Below are positions 50,773 through 64,000 of a stretch of 64,000 nt of DNA, in pieces; position 1 is the first letter of the stretch; the number at the start of each line of letters is the position of its first letter. The notes beneath the pieces were generated by a model. That model ran no database searches. It had not been told where the DNA came from and was given only the letters and a program-made list of their open reading frames with translations. This DNA comes from Octopus vulgaris. Its lineage: Eukaryota. Location of the stretch: contig OX597826.1 in assembly GCA_951406725.2 (NCBI GenBank), positions 13,578,001 to 13,642,000 on the forward strand, written 5' to 3'. The position numbers and the translations under genes are program-made.

Positions 50773-53252
50773 AATAATATTATTGCCTCTTCAGAGAATA
50801 GTTGTCTTAAATTCTGTATTGTATCATTTTACGGGAATTGACTCTGAAGATGGCCATTTACTTGTTCGACCCCGAAAAGGGATTGAATTAACTTTAAAAG
50901 ATTTTGTTTGCAATTTCTTTTATAAACATTAGAAACATTGAAAATTGCATTATGCGATAAAAAAAGGTGCAAACTCAAGAGACAGCAGATAGTGAGGGTC
51001 ATTTTTCAAGTAGAAAACTCATGCGTCTCTTTAACTGTACCGCGCTATCGCCATATCAAAACCGAAGATGGTAACAGCTACAATTATTTATACTAGTGTA
51101 TCTAGCAATCATTACTGTGACCACCAAATGACCTGACCCTACTGACAAGAAGATAAGATGACAGCTACAAGACACGCATACAACAGCAACCACAAGAACA
51201 ATGAAGATGTCGTAGTAGCAGCAGTAGCAAGAACTTACTTAATCGGAGACTGGATAGATTTAGATTTCGAAGATCCCAAAAGAGGATCTCAGAAAGATGA
51301 GATGAAATTTGTTAGTGTTTTGACCGAGAACCAAGCCACATGACTAATGATTTTGTAGAAGAAACGGGTAGGAGGACAGTAACATATCTGTGTTGTCCAA
51401 CGAAGATGGAAGCGTTTACTGTGTCACTGAGGAAAGATTTGACCAGACTTTTTTTTTATGTGTATCAAGCAGTATGTAATGACTTATGAGGAGAAGAGTA
51501 CATAGTAGTTACTCTAATGCTTATAAAAACAAAAAAAAGTGCATTACACCATGAACAATATGGTTGTTACGACGCAAAATGACGCAAAGTAACGAGGCCA
51601 GAAAATAAGAGGAAAATGTATGTTAGAATTGTAGTACAGACGGCAGCCAAAGAAATAACAAAAGTAATCTTTACTTGAGAAGCAAACCAAAGAGATACAG
51701 AATGAAACTGCTGTAGCTGTGCTACTGCTAAAGTATCTCGGGTCTCCGCTTCGAAGATGACCGGAGAATAGGAAACCACCACATTCTCACTCTCACCAAT
51801 GTGCACTAGGTAGGAAAGTGCAGTCGAGAAATTTATCCCTAACACAGCCGGATTGTTCAAGCACTGTTTTCGACCCGGGTAGAATTAAATGGACTCATTC
51901 AGAAATTTCACGAGGAGAAACTGTTGCTTAAATCGAATGAACAAACGCCAAAGAAATTAAGGTTTTCTTTCACGAGACATCTTTTTGCTTCCTTGGTAAA
52001 ACAAAGAAATCCTGGATTAATAGAGACAGTTCACCACACTTCATTATTTTCCCTTCACATCTGCACGAAAGTCAGGATTTAAAACTATTGTTTGGACGGC
52101 TGTGGCCTAACTCAACAACCTCATCTTACTCAACTTCAATATGTCAGCCATCAATGAAACTAAGATTAGCCAAAAGCACTCATTCGCAATTCTTCCCATC
52201 GACTGCAATGTCTACATGACTCATTTGTTTAACCTGAGTCGTGTGGGCTGACGACGGGAAAGGCTTATGTTTCGCAGTAAGGTTGGTGACAGTCTCTGCT
52301 CTGACAGGAGGAGGACAACCAGCCCTTTCAGGCGCCTGATACACTTTCAAGGTCCATCTCATTCAGTAGTATTAGTGAAGAACTGGAATGACATCTTAGT
52401 CGCATACTCAGATTGCGTAGAGTTAGCGCTGCATTGTATATAGACATTTGCTCAGTGGCATCGGAAGATGGCCTCTAAAAAGAACCATTTCGTATCGTAG
52501 ACTCCTTGGACTGTGTCCTTCCTCGTTGATTCTTCGACGCTAGCCATTTCGTATCAACCCTGGTAGAGCTCGGCTAAAATCTATGACGGCAAACTTTTAT
52601 ACAAGTAATAATATAGATTTTTATATAATATATCAAATTAAGAGTCTCTTTTCTATATGACTGCCGATATGCAATAAAAAAAATGAAATATGAAAGACGG
52701 CAACATCTGTTATAAATTACATTAACAGTAACTGCACAATGAAAAATCTCTTCTTTTAGTGTTTTGCCGCAAAACGGAGTGCAATGACTTCAAGATTTAG
52801 GTTTTTTTGACACGTCGCCTGTTCATGAGAACAGTGCCTAATATGTTATTCCCCGTGGAATTTCATAGATAAGACTTGAATTTCCATCACTTGCAAAACA
52901 TCGTTCGCAACCTACATTACTTACTGGCAGCGTTAGTGCAATTTAATGCAGTTTGAACATTTCAAAGAAGGCATCACAGTAAAGTTGCTAAATTTCGCTT
53001 TGTCTAAAATGAGTGTCTTCCCGCTCTGTTTTCAGACCGTACAAGTTCAGCCGATGTATCTTCGCCATAAATGTGGGACAAGCAATTTTTAGAAATTATT
53101 CACATTTGATGGAAAGGCGCTTCATAATATTATACAGTTTTGTACCTTAAAAAATTGTGTCTGTACTCTAGGCAAGTTCAACCTAAAACAGGAATTACGT
53201 TTTTACAGAAAGTATCGTCAAAAGAGCCTTATTTACTTTAGAGTTGTTCACA

Positions 53253-54430
53253 CACTGAACCGCAAAAGAAACGCAAGACGTGTGTGACTGTGAAATATGT
53301 TTTAATTTCATTATGTCAGAGATAAATTTTGATAAATCTGATAAAATCAATTTCTTGGATGCACTTTGGCCACATTCTATGGGTCGTTGTCATCTGTTCT
53401 GGTAGTGAGCAGATCCAGCACATCGAGACATGTTCAATACCGTGTATGGCCTCCCTGGGTGTTCAAAACAGTCACACACCGTCGGTACATGGAGTGCATG
53501 AGGTGGTTCTCAAAAGCCATTTGCATCTGTACCCACACCCTGAGGAAAGCTGCCTAGTGTCGTCAGCCTTGGGACCACCTAATTCAGCATTCTCTGGATT
53601 TCATCCTACAAGTGCTTAATTGGGTTCAAATCCGATCTGAGAGCTGGCCACGGCATGGTTCTTTTGTTGTACTGACGCAGGAGGTCCATGGTGATCCTGA
53701 CCGTGTGGAAGGGAGCATTGTCTTGCTGGAACACGTGGCAATGGTGACACGGAAAGAAGAGCACGATGTGAGGTCTGAGGATTTGGTCAACGTAGCGTTG
53801 CGCTGTGATGCCATTCCCTCTGCCTGCACCAACATTTTGGAACACATGGAGCCCAATATTCTTATTCAAGCCTATAGTACCCCAAACCATGATGCTTTGG
53901 TCACCCCACGCGTCTCTCTCCATCTCTGTAGTGTTCACACACCCCCCCACACCAAACCCTCATTCTGCCATGCGAGATAGAAACTTAGTACCGGCTCTCG
54001 TCAGGGAAGACTATCGACCTCCATTGTTGACGCCGCCAAATGTCAGTGCTGTGTAGCCCACTGTAGTCGTGCCTGACGGTGACGGGCGGTGAGGACAGGC
54101 CGTCGGGCAGGACGACAACAACGCAGATTGTTGGCGGCCAGTCGACATCATACCTTGTAGTCGCTGATGCGACACTGTCCAGTGCCAATGGTCTCGTGAG
54201 CTGTCACGCTGGTCGAGGCGATCACGGCAGTGTTGCAGGTGGATGAAGCGGCCCTGCATGGGCGTGGTCATCCGGGAGCGCCCCCTGCAGGCACGGACTG
54301 CAGTACTGTTGGTGATGTTGTATCGCTATTGCAGGCAATAAATGGTGCTGACACGGTCATTGTAAGCTTTCGCAACAACCAGTTTGCAATCGGCCGACAG
54401 CTTGTTCTCTCCGCCTTTTAGTTTCCTTCA
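53253..54430 (-). mobile_element. Tc1-type transposon relic
   Basis: WRSIVFPDESRY, IMVWGTIG, FQQDNAPFH, WPALRSDLNPIKHL. Confidence 0.9.
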
Positions 54431-55403
54431 TGTTTTAGACTCACGTGGCTTTATTTACTGTCAATATCCACGTCACTTCCTTTTATCTTTTGCCATATAT
54501 ATCGGGCGATAAGCGTCTCCTCTCCAGCCTTACTTTCCTTTTAAGATGGACCGGATATGAAGGCACCTATCACCACTCTCCTCATTCGTGTCCTCCAAAC
54601 AACCTCATTTACTATCGGAAACAGCGAGAAAACACACATTGCCTTCTTTATGCAAGGAGGATGGTGGAACAAACTTTATAATCGATTCGAAGCAGTAAAC
54701 ATCAATTTACTGTGCGTTACCTTTAGCCTCATCCAAGTAATTTGGATATATTCTCTTCCATGCATCTAATATCTCAGATACCAGACCGATTTTGTAAAGG
54801 AAAATAGTGGAACTGTGACATCTGCTGAGATTAGCAGATTGTGAAGAGGTGTGACCACTGTCAATGAAGCATGTTCTGTTTCAGCTCGTCTCATTAACTG
54901 AGTCGAGCATAAACCAAGATCGGGCATCTAGTATCTGAAATGTCCGATTTTTACATACTTGTAGCAGTCGAATACGTCGTTGGTGGAACACCATAACTCA
55001 CAAACTGTGGAGGGCTTGTGGTGGGCATAAGTGACTTTGCTCTCGGGAAGACCCTTGGGGTTCACTTGGCGCCCTAATCCAGATGACTTTTGGTTGAATG
55101 TTTACAGAGAATTTCCTGTGTAATTTCTTGTATAAGTCGGTAGGATTCATTTCTTTACTATTTCTTGTAAATGGGGCTCCAGCGTAGGGACCCTTTCAAT
55201 AATGATAAATCATACAGTAAGGGTTGCTAAATATGATACCATTGTGACAGTGAGGTAATTAAATATCACATTACACGGAACATGGATATTTTATGCGGTC
55301 ATTCTAATTGTTAGAAATAGCTACCGAATCTCCTTCAAATTAAACTGTAATCTTATAACAGAACAGGGAAACACTGGACAATATAGCTCAACAACAACAG
55401 TAT

Positions 55404-56750
<1,347 letters not shown>

Positions 56751-57203
56751 AATGTACGGCAAGACTATGAACAAAGAGAAAGCGGAAGCCCTGCAGTTGG
56801 AACAATAAGAATTCCATTACGATGTCTCATTAAAAATGGTTATGGTAACGAAACGTAGAATTAGGCAGTTAATAGCCTGTCTATTACCTAAGCCTTAATC
56901 TTGATCAACGATCAACTTCAAACGATGAATTAACAGCCGGATGCAGAACAATTGTCATGACGGGTAAAGATTTGATGAAGATATATGGCCAGAGAATAAA
57001 TAATAGTGAATAACGAGGGAAAGGAAATTTAAGATTTCAAACAAATGGCAAGGTTAAGATAGGAAGAGCTGTTTGAGATTTTCAGAGTAGATTTAGTATT
57101 TTGACAAATGAGGTGCATCTTTTAAACAGATGCAGAAGCGGCCAACTATAGGACCAAAGCGGGAGACGCTTATCTAGATGATGCTAGTCTCATGGTAACA
57201 CAC

Positions 57204-57241
<38 letters not shown>

Positions 57242-57836
57242 ATGCACACACACACACACACACAGATGTATGTAGAGAGATAAATAGATAGATAGATATG
57301 TGTGTGTGTATATATATATGTGTGTGTATGTATATATATATATATATATATGTGTGTGTTTGTGTGTGTGAATACATATATAAATATATATAAAATAAAA
57401 GAAGGAAAATGCACACACTTTTCATAGTTTTAATATATTTTAAAATATATTTTAAATATATTTTGTATTGTGTTTGTCGACCGGTTTCGCTTTCGCTAAT
57501 CATGACATTGAAATTATTGTAATTTTGTATTTTCTCAAGAAAATTTTAGTCCATGTTGTATGTGGAGAAGTTTATGAATGAGTGATTCAACAAGTAGAAA
57601 AATATAAGGTTAGGTAATCGGTGATCGTTATTATTGGGGACAAGGGAGGTAATTGTTCTTTTTTCAGGGAGGGGATAAATATGCACAATATGGGTATGTG
57701 ATCATGAATTAAAATATATACTGAAATCAAAGTTGGTTATGCGTTCATATTTCGACGCGTTCACTATTTTTCGCTAAAATTCAATTTAGCAATTCTAAAA
57801 CACATTTCACAATATATAATATATGTATATATATAC

Positions 57837-58081
57837 TTAAGAGACATAACCTCTATTAAGCAATTCCATAATGAAAGATATCCATATTAAATAGAAAAAA
57901 TTTAAATATACTATAATAAATATTATTAAAAAATCAATAAATTAAATAATCATTATTAATGTTTATTTAATTTATTGATTTTTTAAAATAATATTTATTA
58001 TAATATTATTTAAATTTTTTCTATTTAATATGGATAATGTCTTTCAGTATTGAATTGCTTAATAGAGGTTACTTCTCTTAA
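57837..58081. repeat. AT-rich imperfect palindrome (fold-back element) with TTAA at both ends
   Basis: ttaagaga..taacctctattaagcaattc...tatccatattaaatagaaaaaatttaaat mirrored on the right arm. Confidence 0.8.
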
Positions 58082-58172
58082 TTATATACATATACATATG
58101 TATATATATGTATGTATGATTATGTATGTATGTATGTATGTATGTATGTATGTATGTATGTATGTATGTATG

Positions 58173-58223
<51 letters not shown>

Positions 58224-58489
58224 TCAGTGGTTTCAAGCGAACGAGCAAGCTCTGCTCAGTATATTTTATAGAGTATACTGTTTATTGAAACTGAATATTT
58301 ATCTCGTAATTCGTGCTTAGCGACCCTGCCTGAAAATCGTGATAGTATGAAACTCGAGTCGCGAGATAACCATTTGCTTTTAACAAACTATATATTCGTG
58401 GTGTGTGTAACTGTGCGTACAAGTGTGTCTATGTGTGTGCATATGTACGTATGCACCTGCGCATGTATATTATACACACATGGATATAT

Positions 58490-60610
58490 ATAGTAGGCAG
58501 TGTGTTACATATCCCTGGACCCCAATAATTACAAGTATAAACCTGAACTTGCAATCTGGATAGAATAACAGCAGATTTCTCAATAATTCAGAGTAGGTGT
58601 TCACTTTTTCACTGAACCTTAGCCTTATGTTAACATCTGCTGAGCAGCTAATTTCCACAAATGTACATAGTTTCTCTTCTCTATCCCAAATCATTATATC
58701 AGGTTTGTTGTGCTTACATTTTACAGAGGTCTTCACCCCATATTATTATGAGTAGCTATGGCTTCTACCATACAGTGGGTTCTTGTCTTTGTCCTCAGGG
58801 TTATCCTTCCGACGGATTTCATTATAGAGTATCCTAGCTACAACATCATATCTCATTGGTAGATAATACCTTGATGACATTTTCGGACAGCTGCTTATGA
58901 TGTGGGTGATATCTTCGGTGTTAATTTCACAAAGTCTGCATTAGTTGTCAAGTTTTACTGCTTTTCCTGCATCTCTATCCCTTTTGTGCATCAGGTACTT
59001 GGCTGATGTTTCCTCATCTTTGATTGCAAACGCATATCCTTCAAAGTGGGAGGTAGTAATCCGGCTATTGGTCCATGATAGACTGCTTTGATAATCAATG
59101 TTACTATAATCTCGGAGCTTTCTACTAACATATCCATGCATAGTCTTCTGCTCATATAGGCTCATCCTTTCATCTGATGATACGTTGCGATAGAGTCGTG
59201 TGACTTCTTTGGGCATGTATTCTAGCTTATCTGACAAGGAATGTTGGTCAGGGAGCTGCCTTCCAAGTCTTATGATGTTATCAGCCTCATGTGTGCGAAC
59301 TTGGTCAAGGGATGCACTTCGATACTTGGTGGATAAAAGATGTTGCCGAAAGGATATGATACGACATTCAAAGGCATTTAGGATCAATGTTAAGCCTCTG
59401 CCGCCTTGTTTTTGTTTGCTCTACGTCACTGTTTATGTGGAAATTATGAGTACTTGTTAGTATTTTTCGGGTTTTCACATCAACGGCCCGGGTCTCATCG
59501 AGCGTCCAATCAAGCATCCCAAGTGAGTACTGGCACAGCAAACACATTGTGGGCCACGGTTTATTGAATGCAGAGAGTTCTGAGGTCCAAAGTTTCTTTA
59601 TTCGGCTGTAATATTCTTTAGTGACGCGTGTTTTGTTACCGGTGCCATTGTAAGATATGTTTTCATCTACGCCCCCCTTTCTCACAACCATATAACAAGA
59701 TTTATCCTGACCAAAATTCAACCCTACATCCTTTGAGGATGTTGTAACTAGGTCAAGGCTCTTTTTAATTTCATGCATATTCTTTGCATGAAGTTTCAAG
59801 TCATCCACAAACCAACAGTAATTTTGGTATTTCTGTTTCCTTGTGAACCAGTGAGATATCCTTCAGACCTTCGTAACATGGATGACAAGGGGTTTATAGA
59901 CAATAGAAACAACATCACTGAGAGTTTGTTCCCTTGAAATATGCCTCTGCAATACTGTATTCTATCAGTGATAATACAGTTACTCCTTGTGTTTAATTTC
60001 AAGATGGTGGCACACCATGAAGTCAAGTCAGATATGGCTTTGACTATGCGCACTAAAACTTTAGCAAACTGAAGCGCTTCTAGCATCCATGAGTGGGGAA
60101 CAGAGTCAAAGGCTTTCTTGCTACTTTGAAACTAGGTTCCTTCAATGCTCGGCAACTCTGGCATTACAGTTTCGTTGATTAACAATTGCTCGGCACATCA
60201 CCAGACTCCTTTCTTCCCAGCAGCTTGTTCTGCTGTGATGATGTTATTGATTTCACAATGGTCCTAGGAGAGGTTTAAGCATGTTGTACACTTCTTATAC
60301 ATTCAGTTCTGGCATGCAATTGACTAGTAGTTTTTGTCACGTGGTGGTTCTGCATTTGAGGATCAATGTTGTCTCCGCAGAACTAACCAGTGTGGTACGC
60401 TACTGTTCCCATTGAGAGCTAGCTGGTAGAGATTGATAAGATATGGTCGGTAGAAGGTTAGCACCTTGTACCAATATCTAATAATCAAGTCTCTTCCAGT
60501 TGCTTTTCCATCCTGGAGTTTCTGAATCACGGCTGCAAAAGTTTCACCATCATTGTTGCATGTCTTGGGTGTAATGCAGGAGCAATAACTTCTTCGGATT
60601 TCCTCCAGCC
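58490..60610 (-). mobile_element. Decayed R4/Dong-like non-LTR retrotransposon (RT + CCHC + restriction-like endonuclease)
   Basis: KAFDSVPHSW, RGIFQGNKLS, MDDLKL, CRLC..EDITHIISSC, KPDIMIWDREEKLCTFVEISC in broken frames. Confidence 0.85.
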
Positions 60611-60646
60611 GTATGTATGTATGTATGTATGTATGTATGTATGTGA

Positions 60647-61245
60647 GGTGGCGAGCTGGCAGAAACGTTAGCATGCCGGGCGAAATGCGTAGCCGTATTT
60701 CGTCTGCCGCTACATTCTGAGCTCAAATTCCACCGAGGTCGACTTTGCCTTTCATCCTTTGAGGGTCGATAAATTAAGTACCAGTTACGCACTGGGGTCG
60801 ATATAATCGACTTAATACGTTTGTCTGTCCTTGTTTGTCCTCTCTGTGTTTAGCCCCTTATGGGTAATAAAGAAATAGGTATTTCGTCTGTCGTTACGTT
60901 CTGAGTTCAAATTCCGCCGAGGTCGACTTTGCCTTTCATCCTTTGAGGGTCGATAAATTAAGTACCAGTTACGCACTGGGGTCGATGTAATCGACTTAAT
61001 ACATTTGTCTGTCCTTGTTTGTCCTCTCTGTGTTTAGCCCCTTGTGGGTAATAAAGAAATAGGTATTTCGTCTGTCGTTACGTTCCGAGTTCAAATTCCG
61101 CCGAGGTCGACTTTGCCTTTCATCCTTTGAGGGTCGATAAATTAAGTACCAGTTACGCACTGGGGTCGATGTAATCGACTTAATCTGTTTGTCTGTCCTT
61201 GTTTGTTCTGTCTGTGCTTAGCCCCTTGTGGGTAATAAAGAAATA
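60647..61245 (+). mobile_element. Same SINE, 3-unit array
   Basis: Junctions at 60878 and 61062. Confidence 0.9.
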
Positions 61246-62374
61246 TGTATGTGTGAACGTATGCATGTATGCATGTACCTGTGATTGCTTTTTAATCATT
61301 CTCAATACATGCTTATAATAGAAATGTGTGAAGACTTGTTAGTATATCCGTGAGTTTTAACAAATAGTGAAAGCCTATACCTAAAATATACAATTGTGCA
61401 CGTTTATTTAGTAATTAGCCGTCACGCTTTCAGCAAGGATAGTGAAAACTATGCTTCACTGATTAAATAAAACTATGTCCAAAACATAGAACGAGTTATT
61501 TCCCTTATTGAAAACAATAGTAGTTACGGACTATTGGTTTTAATCTTACGATGGACACAAGCGAATATTTGTTGGCATATGCCATTTATTGCCTTGCATG
61601 CTTTACAACACACAATAAACCTTGGCTTTAGGGCACCGTAGCCATCCAGGAGGGTTGCAAAGCAAGAAGTAGCATAAAATGTGGAAACAGGAGGACATCC
61701 ATGAGTCATGACTGGATGCGGTCCGCCTCCCTTCCACAGAGTATAAAGAGTTAAGGGTCGAAACACTTGTTTGGAAATGAGATTTCTTTGATGATCTTCT
61801 GCAGTTCATCGCTCCCTAGAGTTTGTTCCTATTATGAGTGTCAGGTCGGAACAAATTCTTTACTTTGGTTCTCTATGTTTTCACATATGCAGTAGTTGAT
61901 GAAAGTTTTCTTTGTGTGTGTGTATATATGAATGTGAGTGTGAAAGAGGGCATAATCAAACATGTACCCAAAGTACTCGCAACTGCGCATGTACCGAAGC
62001 ACCTTTAAATGAAATTAGCTTGTTAATTCTATTTTCCCTGCTAAATTGCTTGTAGCAATAAAAATAAAAAAGTAAGCGAAAACAAAACGTAATATAATAA
62101 AATACTTGAAAAATTAGATTTAAGTGCTTAATTTCAGATTGAGAGATTAGCTATCGCTTTACTTTATAATTGGTGACACGGTCGACAGTTAAGTGATAGA
62201 TAAGTGGTGGGTATCCCGACTCTACGACTGTATTGTATGCTATCTCAGATTGGTGCTAATGTAATTTTGCGTTGGAGATCTAAGCAGCTCTTTTACATAG
62301 ATAGATAGATGCATCCACATACACACACACACACACATACAAACATGCACCCCCACATACTCACACTCACACAA

Positions 62375-62507
<133 letters not shown>

Positions 62508-62514
62508 CATATTC

Positions 62515-62700
62515 TAATATATATATAATAGACCTCTGTGTGTGTGTTCGCCTTTCACGCGTAAACGGCTGCACGAATTGGCTTCATACTCGGGGTGCAT
62601 GAATAATTTTACCTAGGATACAATAATATGGTCTTGATTTATTTATTTTTATTAAAAATAAATAATATTGCTCTATATAAGATTAACTCCTTTAGAAAGG
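62515..62700 (+). mobile_element. Helitron-like 5' end relic, diverged second copy at ~63560-63700
   Basis: taatatatataata..tgtgtgttcg..tttcacgcgtaaacggctgca shared with 63561-63690. Confidence 0.5.
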
Positions 62701-63346
62701 TTTTTCAATATCTACTTCCGTTGATGACGTAGCAACTGCGGCGAGATAGACGCACACGTATATCTGACGTAGCAACTGTGGTTAGCTACACAAATGTACG
62801 TATACAATACGCCGTTGGTGAATATTTATATTTTAATCGCTTCTATTTCATTCAGTCGCATTGTGGCTTTGGTTCCTAGGGAAAATACATGGACGTCACA
62901 GCTTCCTATATATTTTTTTGCTGGAAAATCTTACTCTTTCTGTTCCCCAGAGAAACATTTTGTTTCTTGGAACTACATTCTTTTTTGTCATTCTTCTAAG
63001 GATATTTGTTGTCTTTGTTACTATCTGTCTCTCTATTTATCTAAATCTATATCTCTCTGTCTGAAAGGCAGCGAGCCGGCAGAACCGTTAGCACGCCGGG
63101 CGAAATGCGTAGCCGTATTTCGTCTGCCGTTACGTGTTCTGGGTTCAAATTCCGCCGAGGTCGACTTTGCCTTTCATCCTTTCGGGTTCGATAAATTAAG
63201 TACCAGTTACGCACTGGCGTCGATATAATCGACTTAATCCTTTTGTCTGTCTTTGTTTGCCCCCTCTATGTTTAGCCCCTTGTGGGTAGTAAAGAAACAT
63301 ATATCTGTCTGTCTCTCTCTCTGTCTCCCTATCTATCTACCTATCT

Positions 63347-63547
63347 CAGTGCTTTTCAAACTTTTTGCAGGAGCGGAACCCCAAAGAAACATTTCACTGG
63401 CTCGATGAACCCCTGTGCAATAATTTAATTGTCTTATGCACACATATCTGCACAGGAGAATTAAAAATTACTGCCGATTTTAGCAGTTTTGCAACTTCTT
63501 GCGGAACCCCTGGACTGTACTGGCGGGACCCTGGTTGAAAACCACTG
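63347..63547. mobile_element. hAT-type MITE
   Basis: TIR CAGTGcTTTTCAA / TTGAAAAcCACTG. 8-bp TSD ACCTATCT / ACCTAGCT. Confidence 0.8.
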
Positions 63548-63746
63548 ACCTAGCTAGCTATGTGTTCGATTTTCTCGCGAAAACGGCTGCATGAGTTACT
63601 ACCATACTTGTGTGCAGGAATAATTTGACCTGAGACAGAATGATACGGTCTTGAATCCTTTTTTCATTAAAAATAAATAATATTACTTTAATAGAAATAT
63701 TAAAATTACTAAGTCTCTCTAAAGGAGATTACGGCAGCATTACTGG

Positions 63747-63937
63747 ATATTAATAGTTATCGCCATACTAATATGGCAGTCTATAAATATAAGACTAAAG
63801 CTGTCGCTGATTAGCTCCAAGAGGCCATCGTGTGTCATATAGCTAGCTAGAGGCGAAGGCCTCTTGGAGTTAATCAGCGACAGCTTTAGTCTTATATTTA
63901 TAGACTGCCATATTAGTATGGCGATAACTATTAATAT
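63747..63937. repeat. Near-perfect 80-bp-arm hairpin (fold-back/MITE-like)
   Basis: Arms 63747-63826 and 63858-63937, one mismatch seen. 31-nt spacer. Confidence 0.9.
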
Positions 63938-64000
63938 TACTTTATATCTATATATAAGATTCACTTCTTTACTAAATGTACTTTCTCTCACTCCTCTTGT

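Noticed and set aside
50844-50890. CTGAAGA...CGAAA hammerhead candidate
   Set aside because: No pairing for helices I-III. The cgaccccgaaa part is a SINE remnant.
52228-52262. CTGACGA...GAAA candidate
   Set aside because: Only 2-3 nt between the boxes, so no helix II.

Overview
AT-rich, microsatellite-dense eukaryotic (intronic or intergenic) DNA. The SINE families point to an octopus/coleoid cephalopod genome (inference). No convincing host protein-coding gene is present, and most listed ORFs are simple-repeat artefacts. The main feature is a near-intact Penelope-like retroelement (Neptune-type: RT + Cys-rich knuckle + C-terminal GIY-YIG). It lies on the minus strand at 10031-15812, is arranged as a partial tandem with ~1.24-kb pseudo-LTRs, and has one -1 frameshift. 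Reading by eye also found nine type I hammerhead-ribozyme motifs from five unrelated families. Five of them (four families) sit within ~2.2 kb (30231-32450), in short 3'-end retroelement fragments that abut (TA)n tracts; most of these fragments have fold-back 5' junctions. Two families carry non-canonical cores (CUGUNGA; CUAACGA), and one shows covarying stems and a long helix II. Also present: tandem SINE arrays with an invariant junction, an L1/Tx1-type LINE whose 3' end resembles the SINE tail, R4/Dong-like LINE remnants beside (TATG)n, four non-autonomous Helitrons, Tc1/mariner relics and several MITE/fold-back elements. All coordinates and folds were derived by eye and no searches were run.
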